64,000 bases of DNA from a virus. Positions 58,037 through 64,000 of this stretch are shown here, in pieces (within the stretch, counting starts at the first letter, position 1; each line of letters begins with the position of its first letter). The notes under the pieces were generated by a model. That model saw only the letters and a program-made list of their open reading frames with translations. It searched no databases and was not told the origin of the DNA. The DNA is taken from the IMG/VR virus record IMGVR_UViG_3300050166_000025, positions 87,112 through 151,111 of that record; one strand, written 5' to 3'. Made by a program: the position numbers and the translations under genes.

Positions 58037-60049
58037 CTATTTTAAGGAAAGTTTATCTTCTCCTTTAATGTGATTAATAGTGTAAACCTTATCTCCTTGA
58101 GTCATGACTCCATCGATGATTGCGTCAGCTAATAAGTCTTCAACGAAATTTTGAACAGCTCTCTTTAAGGGTCTTGCTCCGTAAGCTGGATCATAACCTT
58201 CTTTAACTAAGAGTAACTTTGCTTGCTTAGTAAATTTCAAATTGTATCCTTGTTCATACATTCTTACCAAGACCTCGCCTAATTCGATGTCTACGATTTT
58301 TAAGATGTCCTCTTCGCTTAACTGATCAAAGATAATGATGTCATCTAAACGATTTAAGAATTCTGGAGCAAACTTGTTCTTTAATTCTTTTCTAACTATC
58401 GCTTCTACTTTAGCCTTTTGCATTACGCTACCTTCAGTCGAGTCGAATCCAATTCCAGTGCCAAAGTCTGCGACTTTACGAGCACCGATATTCGAAGTCA
58501 TGATGATAATTGTATTTGTGAAATCGACAGTTCTTCCTAAAGAATCCGTTAATCTGCCATCATCTAAAACTTGTAATAATGTGTTGAAAATATCAGGGTG
58601 CGCTTTTTCAATCTCGTCAAATAGGATAATTGAGTAGGGCTTGCGGCGAACTGCTTCGGTTAATTGACCACCACCCTCATAACCAACATATCCTGGAGGT
58701 GGGCCGATTAAACGAGATACGTTGAATTTTTCTTGATATTCGGACATATCAATTCTTACCATCGACTCTTCAGAACCAAAGTAGTGCTTCGCGAGTGCTT
58801 TAACAGTTTCAGTTTTACCTACGCCGGTAGGGCCTAAGAATACAAATGAACCGATTGGCTTGTCTGCTGATGAGACACCTGCTCTTGAGCGTCTAATTAC
58901 TCTACATAACGCGTCAACTGCCGAGTCCTGTCCAATGATAAGCTTTTTCAACTCACCTGCCATTCCTGCGATCATTCTATTCTCATCGCCCGTTAATCGC
59001 GTAACTGGAATACCTGTAATGTCTGCGATTGTTGCGGCTACATCCTCTTCCGTGACATGCGTTCTATTATTCTTAATGTTCGATTCCCACTCTGCTAATT
59101 TAGTTTCAATCTCCTCTTTCTTCTTCATCTCTAAATCACGGAAATTTGCAGCTTGTTCGTAATCCTGTTTGTTTACTGCATCTAACTTCGCCTCCTTTAA
59201 TTCTTCGGCCTCGGTTTCCATCTTCTTCATGAAAGTTGGAACTTTAACCTCTTGCATGTGAATTTTAGAACCAGCTTCATCCATTACGTCAATAGCTTTA
59301 TCAGGCAACTCACGCTGGGTGATATATCTCTCGCTTAATTTAACACATGCTTCTAAAGCCTCATCAGTATATTGAACAGAGTGATGATCTTCATACTGTC
59401 CTTTAATTCTCTTTAAGATCTCAATCGTATCTTCGATTGAAGGCGGATCAATAAAGACCTCTTGAAATCTACGTGTTAATGCTCCATCATCTTCAATATG
59501 TTCTCTATACTCATCTAAAGTTGTAGCTCCAATACATTGAACTTGACCACGGGCTAATGCAGGCTTTAAGATATTAGAAGCATCTAAACTACCGCTGACG
59601 CCGCCGGCTCCAACTAGAGTGTGAATCTCATCGATGAAGATGATAATCTGCTTATTCTCTTTGAGTTCTTCTACGATATTCTTCATTCGCTCTTCAAACT
59701 CTCCTCGGTATTTAGTGCCCGCTACAATGTTATTAATATTTAGTGAGACAATTCTTTTGTTGAAAAGAGTTCTAGCAACTTTCTTATCGTTAATTCTTTG
59801 TGCAATCGCTTCGATGATAGCCGTCTTACCAACACCTGGATCTCCAAGTATGATTGGGTTATTCTTCTTTCTACGTGAAAGAATTTGACAAATGCGGTAT
59901 ACTTCCTTTTCTCTACCGATGATTGGATCAAGTTTACCTTCAGCTGCCATCTGTGTAAGATCTTCTCCGAACTGATCAATCATTGGTGTTGACTTGGGTT
60001 TTTTATTGCCCTTATCTCTTTTATCCTCGTTATCTGGATATGTAGCCAT
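58037..60049 (-). CDS. clpC: ClpC-type AAA+ unfoldase lacking the N-terminal Clp-repeat domain
   Basis: GDPGVGKT and GPTGVGKT, both Walker B motifs, UVR M-domain QDYEQAANFRD, IGF loop; only about 20 aa precede AAA-1. Confidence 0.93.
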   Translation of the reverse strand: MATYPDNEDKRDKGNKKPKSTPMIDQFGEDLTQMAAEGKLDPIIGREKEVYRICQILSRRKKNNPIILGDPGVGKTAIIEAIAQRINDKKVARTLFNKRIVSLNINNIVAGTKYRGEFEERMKNIVEELKENKQIIIFIDEIHTLVGAGGVSGSLDASNILKPALARGQVQCIGATTLDEYREHIEDDGALTRRFQEVFIDPPSIEDTIEILKRIKGQYEDHHSVQYTDEALEACVKLSERYITQRELPDKAIDVMDEAGSKIHMQEVKVPTFMKKMETEAEELKEAKLDAVNKQDYEQAANFRDLEMKKKEEIETKLAEWESNIKNNRTHVTEEDVAATIADITGIPVTRLTGDENRMIAGMAGELKKLIIGQDSAVDALCRVIRRSRAGVSSADKPIGSFVFLGPTGVGKTETVKALAKHYFGSEESMVRIDMSEYQEKFNVSRLIGPPPGYVGYEGGGQLTEAVRRKPYSIILFDEIEKAHPDIFNTLLQVLDDGRLTDSLGRTVDFTNTIIIMTSNIGARKVADFGTGIGFDSTEGSVMQKAKVEAIVRKELKNKFAPEFLNRLDDIIIFDQLSEEDILKIVDIELGEVLVRMYEQGYNLKFTKQAKLLLVKEGYDPAYGARPLKRAVQNFVEDLLADAIIDGVMTQGDKVYTINHIKGEDKLSLK

Positions 60050-60066
60050 TTCTTGTTGTGTTTAAT

Positions 60067-60525
60067 TTATATTTTAGAAAGGTTATCTGCAGCGTGAACT
60101 GCCGGTAATAAATCTGGTTTAATTCTCGGTTTAATACCCAGTGACTGAACATATCCTTTAGCGGCTGCAACTAGTTTATTAGATGCATAGGCCTCGTCAT
60201 CATTTAAGTCTAGGTCTATATTATGTATATTTATTCCGTTTTCTCGTAGATACATTGCCAGTTCCACTGAAAACTCAACCTCTTTCCACAATCTGGTCCA
60301 TAGATCGTTAATTCTTTTAACCTTTTCCTTATTAAAAAGAACGTGGCAACCAGTATCGCCAATATGAATGACCAATGTTGTAACGTAGGTTGTGAATTCT
60401 CCTTTGTTATGTGAATCACAGCCAACATAGATACGCAAGTTGTTAAATTTGTGATCTAAGATATATTGCTTAACATACTCAGCAATTTCTATGGTATTGT
60501 TATCCATTAATTTTTTAAATTTCAT
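60067..60525 (-). CDS. RNase H-like YkuK family protein
   Basis: IYVGCDS, RLW.EV..S, IDLDLN, AAD. Confidence 0.8.
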   Translation of the reverse strand: MKFKKLMDNNTIEIAEYVKQYILDHKFNNLRIYVGCDSHNKGEFTTYVTTLVIHIGDTGCHVLFNKEKVKRINDLWTRLWKEVEFSVELAMYLRENGINIHNIDLDLNDDEAYASNKLVAAAKGYVQSLGIKPRIKPDLLPAVHAADNLSKI

Positions 60526-60528
60526 ACC

Positions 60529-61200
60529 TTAGAAGTTTGTAATGTTATGTTGTCTATATTTTTCGTGATATTCACATATTTTTGAAACGGCCTCAGCTCC
60601 AGTATCGACTATTCTAAACAAGTCCAGATCTTTTTCACTCATTTTACCTTCGGCCAATACTGTTTTCTTAATCCATTCAATTAAGCCGCTCCAATATTCA
60701 ACTCCAACCAGTACGATTGGAAATTTAGGAGCATGACCAGTCTGTGCAAGTGTTAGGGCTTCAAATAATTCATCTAAAGTACCTAAACCTCCTGGAAAAA
60801 CAATAAATCCTTGTGAATATTTTAAGAATGCAACTTTTCTAGTGAAAAAATAGCGGCATGTGATACCTAATTGAACTCCAGGGTTCATTCCGGCTTCAAA
60901 GGGCAGTTCAATGCCTACCCCGATTGACTTTTTTCCTAAATCTACTGCCTTTGCTCCTTTATTAGCCGCTTCCATAATACCCGGACCACCTCCTGTAATG
61001 ACATTGAACCCTGATTGTGCCAATAAGCCTCCGGCAATGTATGCATGCGTATACATTGGATCATCTACGCTGGTTCTTGCAGAGCCAAAGACCGAAATAC
61101 TGGCATCTAAATCAGATAACTCATCGAAGGCTCTTGTAAATTCACTTTGAATGCGTAAAATTTGCCAAGCGTCCGTTGATTTTTGTATATGTTTGTCCAT
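60529..61200 (-). CDS. LOG-family nucleotide monophosphate nucleosidase (TIGR00730)
   Basis: SVFGSAR, TGGGPGIMEAANKGA, FFTRK, PGGLGTLDE; ATG at 61200. Confidence 0.92.
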   Translation of the reverse strand: MDKHIQKSTDAWQILRIQSEFTRAFDELSDLDASISVFGSARTSVDDPMYTHAYIAGGLLAQSGFNVITGGGPGIMEAANKGAKAVDLGKKSIGVGIELPFEAGMNPGVQLGITCRYFFTRKVAFLKYSQGFIVFPGGLGTLDELFEALTLAQTGHAPKFPIVLVGVEYWSGLIEWIKKTVLAEGKMSEKDLDLFRIVDTGAEAVSKICEYHEKYRQHNITNF

Positions 61201-61256
61201 TAAGGATTTATTAAAAGGTTTTAGATATTCTATACGTAAAGCTAAACTTGTTTCAA

Positions 61257-61285
61257 TAAAAAATGGGACCCATGTGAGTCCCATC
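61257..61285 (-). terminator. intrinsic terminator
   Basis: ATGGGAC...GTCCCAT hairpin plus T-run on minus strand. Confidence 0.7.
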
Positions 61286-61320
61286 TTAATCTTATATTAA
61301 AATATTACGATACTCTATAT

Positions 61321-61554
61321 TTATTCATCTTCTATTTTAACAATCGGGCTCTTAGACATGGCACGTTGAACACACTTATCACAGAGCGTCATTACCACAT
61401 CTTCATTAACTGCAACCCACTCATCACAAACTCCTTCTTCCGGAGCATACTGTGGATACTTGCCCATAGAGGGTAGAGAATTCATGCATTGCATCATCAA
61501 CCTCTTGTTCTCAACTCGGGTTCTATACTTAAAGTTCTTTAATTCCTTTGCCAT
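61321..61554 (-). CDS. small Cys-containing (possible Zn-binding) protein
   Basis: C..C..CxxC pattern in 77 aa. Confidence 0.55.
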   Translation of the reverse strand: MAKELKNFKYRTRVENKRLMMQCMNSLPSMGKYPQYAPEEGVCDEWVAVNEDVVMTLCDKCVQRAMSKSPIVKIEDE

Positions 61555-61556
61555 CT

Positions 61557-61805
61557 TTATACGTCTAAATCTTCATCATCCCAGTCCATGTCTAGACTCT
61601 CAATTTTAATAGCGTCATACGCCAACTTAGTGGTGCAAACCAACAATAACATTTCGCCTCCTAAGGTAATAGTGAATGGAATATTCGTGGCCAATGTGAT
61701 AAACCAGGCGATTAATACTACTGAAACCAGAATTCCAATCGCAGCAAATGCACAAAGCGTTGCGCATGCAGCCAAGCCGGCCGCTTTAGAGGTCATGAAC
61801 ATCAT
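61557..61805 (-). CDS. small membrane protein
   Basis: two hydrophobic segments and an acidic tail. Confidence 0.55.
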   Translation of the reverse strand: MMFMTSKAAGLAACATLCAFAAIGILVSVVLIAWFITLATNIPFTITLGGEMLLLVCTTKLAYDAIKIESLDMDWDDEDLDV

Positions 61806-62083
61806 TATTCAGGTGACTGTGTAATTGAGTCATCCTCGTCATTTTCTGGAAACACTTCCTCCTCATCTAATTTAATAGTCTCAAATTGACCACCTTTAAT
61901 GAATTGGTTCAGTGCTGCTCCTTGTGAATCGGCTGCAGCAAATTGTGCGTAGACCTCAACCGGAACATTCAGATAGCGATAGGCACCATTCTCAAATAGA
62001 ATGTCTAGAGTTTCACTTGCAAATTCATATTTACTTGCAAGAACTGTCGAAGAGTTGTATTCGTTTACTTGTAATGTAATCAT
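61805..62083 (-). CDS. KTSC-domain protein
   Basis: SSTV...Y...L.I.F.NG.YRY.NVP..VY..F..A.S.G...NQFIK. Confidence 0.85.
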   Translation of the reverse strand: MITLQVNEYNSSTVLASKYEFASETLDILFENGAYRYLNVPVEVYAQFAAADSQGAALNQFIKGGQFETIKLDEEEVFPENDEDDSITQSPE

Positions 62084-62199
62084 TGTGCTTTGATTTTTAT
62101 GTTATGATTATTATACTCTGTTATTACTATTAGTTTCTTTTTGTTGGGGAAAAATTGGGGAAATTTTTAGAAAGCCAACACCACCCTATATCCACATTA

Positions 62200-62312
62200 G
62201 TTTTATAACCTTTTCACTAATATCAAGGGCCCTGCTCAACCCTGGGCCCCTGGAGCACTTTAAGCACTCTAATACTCCAAGGTCCCCTTAAAATCCATAC
62301 CGTGGTCAAAAG
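62200..62312 (-). ncRNA. candidate structured small RNA A
   Basis: follows AGAGTATAA -10 at 62317-62325; G-U-containing stem CCTTGGAGTATT/AGTGCTCCAGGG on minus strand; no ORF. Confidence 0.3.
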
Positions 62313-62504
62313 GTTATTATACTCTGTTAATCCCTGGGCGTGTGCACAAATTAGCCTCTGGTCTCCAAGCGGTTTGAAGGCTCACTGCCTCTTTACTAGT
62401 ACTGTGATACTCAAATCTAGTGTGAGTGCTCAAATCTCTGTTAGCTCTCTAATACTAAGATAGAAGCTCCATAACCTTTATTAGTTTTATAAATTACTAT
62501 AAGA

Positions 62505-62698
62505 ACTCTAAGTGCTTAGACAGCGCTCCCGCTCTGTGCTCGCCGCCGATAAGATGATGGCGTAGCCATCCATCCTTCGAGGACTAGCGGCCTTCAGGTA
62601 CTCCGGGTTTCTTGGGTAGTGAGGGCTTCAATGGCCCGGAGCGCTTTAAGGCTAAGAGTGTGGGTACCCCCTCCCTAGTCTCCTTCGAGCCACGGAAC
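62505..62698 (-). ncRNA. candidate structured RNA B (about 190 nt)
   Basis: starts after GAAAC-N17-GTATAA; nested stems GCTCG/CGAGC, GACTAG/CTAGTC, CTCCGGG/CCCGGAG, GATGG/CCATC; no ORF. Confidence 0.4.
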
Positions 62699-62759
62699 CA
62701 AATCTTATACTCTGGGGTCGGGAAAAGGTTTCACTCTGGGTGAAGTATTTCATACTCTT

Positions 62760-63230
62760 TTTCTCAGAGGGCCCAGAGGGCTCCGAGGTGATCAGTGACC
62801 TTGAGGGCTACTGGTTTCCCGGGTCCCGGTTTTTGCGTACCGGGCTACTCCGGCTTTTGTAACGTGTCAATAGGTCTCAGAGTGCTACTCGGCTATTATT
62901 ATATTATGCGGGGGTAGGAGTGGCTGCCCGCCCCGGGCCCGGGTTTTTGAGTCTCGGGTACTTAAGCGGTGGTTGGAGCGCTTAGAGAGCTTAGAGGGCT
63001 CGGTGACCTGGAGGAGTAGCCATTTTCACGGGCCTGGTTGTGCATGCCTTTCGGGCAATTGCGTTTGCTATACTGCTAATTATTGGCGCATGCCCTCAAG
63101 CCTCTCACCATCAGAGCCCCCGTGTATTGGCGCCTCTGGCCTCTAAGCCATGCCCCCGGCCACCAGGCCCAGAGGCCTCCGTGTATTAGGCGCACTCAGA
63201 GGCCAGATGACCCAGAGGCCCAGAGGCCTA
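62760..63230. repeat. GC-rich repeat block at the strand switch (origin or terminus candidate)
   Basis: CAGAGG(C/G)C repeated at least 5 times; TATT(A)GGCGC x3; CCGTGTATT x2. Confidence 0.5.
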
Positions 63231-63290
63231 TAGCGAAAATAAATGGCTAAATGTTTCCTTTTGTCGGGAATTATAGTTATATTTGCCTAT
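63229..63290 (+). promoter_or_regulatory. class I promoter, near-duplicated at 63914-63973
   Basis: TAAATGGCTAAAT..TTT..TCGGGAATTAT.GTTA.ATTT.CCTAT. Confidence 0.75.
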
Positions 63291-63321
63291 CTTCTATTAT
63301 AACTCTTTAACTGATACTACT

Positions 63322-63606
63322 ATGGCTAAAAAGAAACCTTTCTACTTTAACTGGCTAGATGAGAAAGGCCTCCCTACCGGTTGGAATTATGTCTGGGCTA
63401 AGGATAAGATAAAGGCTATTAAGGCGGCCAGGGCTAAGGAGCAGCTAGCTAAGGATTTTGAGTATCAGGTTAGATTAGAGGATGGCTCTATAGCTACCAG
63501 GGTGGGCCGGTTCTCTGGCCTACGGGTTAATATCGGCTCTATCCGGCAAATCACTCTGGATGAATTGATGGAGCTGGAGCGGTTGGCTAATCAGATGTGT
63601 AACTAG
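63322..63606 (+). CDS. hypothetical protein (class I promoter, likely early)
   Basis: ATG at 63322 (MAKKKPFYFNW) after class I promoter. Confidence 0.7.
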   Translation: MAKKKPFYFNWLDEKGLPTGWNYVWAKDKIKAIKAARAKEQLAKDFEYQVRLEDGSIATRVGRFSGLRVNIGSIRQITLDELMELERLANQMCN

Positions 63607-63715
63607 TTGACGGCACAGGTAGCCCCGGTAGGGGGCCCTGGAGCCTTCCCTGGAGGGCACCTGGGCAAAGCCCCTCAGGTGCCCTGGAGACCTAATAGAA
63701 AATAAAGCCCTCCAG

Positions 63716-63752
63716 ATTTTTATTTGTCGCGTATTATGCTTATATTTACCTA
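63716..63752 (+). promoter_or_regulatory. class I promoter
   Basis: TTTGTCGCG..TTATATTTACCTA. Confidence 0.65.
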
Positions 63753-63913
63753 TAACAATAAAAAATAGCCCATGACCAATTAGCGCCACGTGCAATCTAG
63801 ACCTTAAATGCGTCACCAAGGGCCGGCCTGTTCTTTTACGGGGTGGGAGAGTGGACTCCAGAGCGCTTTTTATTTTTTTAAAATGCCAAAGTAGGTAATA
63901 AAATAGTGCCAAT

Positions 63914-63973
63914 ATAGGAAATTAAATGGCTAAATATTTTTTTTATTCGGGAATTATTGTTAGATTTACCTAT
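63914..63973 (+). promoter_or_regulatory. class I promoter for a gene starting at 63994 (runs off the window)
   Basis: GTTAGATTTACCTA; ATG at 63994. Confidence 0.7.
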
Positions 63974-64000
63974 ACCAATTAAACAAGCACAATATGTCTT

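Noticed and set aside
55448-61316. TACGATACTCT 11-mer in two intergenic regions
   Set aside because: Only two copies with no consistent position or -35 partner; cannot be distinguished from chance without a count
62084-63283. tRNA or tmRNA genes in the GC-rich gap
   Set aside because: No cloverleaf with a GTTCRA T-loop and acceptor stem recognised by eye; tRNAscan/ARAGORN were not run
63520-63912. 130-aa minus-strand ORF
   Set aside because: Antisense to plus-strand promoters and a gene; atypical composition
1-64000. CRISPR array, DGR or retron
   Set aside because: No regularly spaced repeat-spacer units, no cas or reverse transcriptase gene, and no adenine-specific template/variable repeat pair seen
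1-64000. Stop-codon reassignment
   Set aside because: Genes tile densely under the standard code; TAG and TGA end intact genes such as clpC and rnhB
1-64000. Bacterial chromosome or eukaryotic giant virus origin
   Set aside because: Housekeeping homologues are interspersed with T4-like neck/baseplate genes and phage-style promoters, with no bacterial operon context or NCLDV core genes

Overview
A 64-kb, AT-rich, densely coded segment of a large T4-like-architecture myovirus (jumbo phage), almost certainly infecting a Bacteroidetes host. Host evidence is TAnnTTT(A/G)-type promoters, Bacteroidetes-like bS1 and bS21, and A-rich leaders with no obvious Shine-Dalgarno sequence. Nearly all genes are on the minus strand until a strand switch in a GC-rich non-coding block at about 62.1-63.3 kb. 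Layout: (1-16 kb) baseplate/neck module (gp6-, gp25-, gp13-, gp5-, gp27-, gp53-, gp48-like) with an amidoligase and an S1-like ribosomal protein embedded. (16-33 kb) accessory and metabolic genes: dCMP deaminase, putative internal head proteins, a CxxCH lipoprotein, UvsE, a TraR/DksA zinc finger, RNase HII, a GIY-YIG homing endonuclease, PhoH, bS21, DnaJ, Hsp20, a 3'-5' exonuclease and an ATP-grasp ligase. (33-55 kb) a fibre module of four largely proline-free Gly-Thr-Ser/Gly-Ser-Ser repeat proteins and a long coiled-coil repeat protein, interleaved with three glycosyltransferase-like and two 2OG-Fe(II) oxygenase-like genes. (55-62 kb) ClpP, a ClpC lacking its N-domain, a T4 gp42-like dCMP hydroxymethylase, YkuK, LOG and KTSC. 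Best candidate for an undescribed system: a phage ClpCP protease plus four small proteins with unrelated N-termini and a shared C-terminal UVR-like 'F-x3-EEYE(K/T)C' motif, which may be modular adaptors. Also notable: promoter-embedded hairpins that hide start codons, capsid-targeting tags on enzymes, four promoter classes and candidate ncRNAs at the strand switch. All family calls come from motif recognition by eye; no database search was run.
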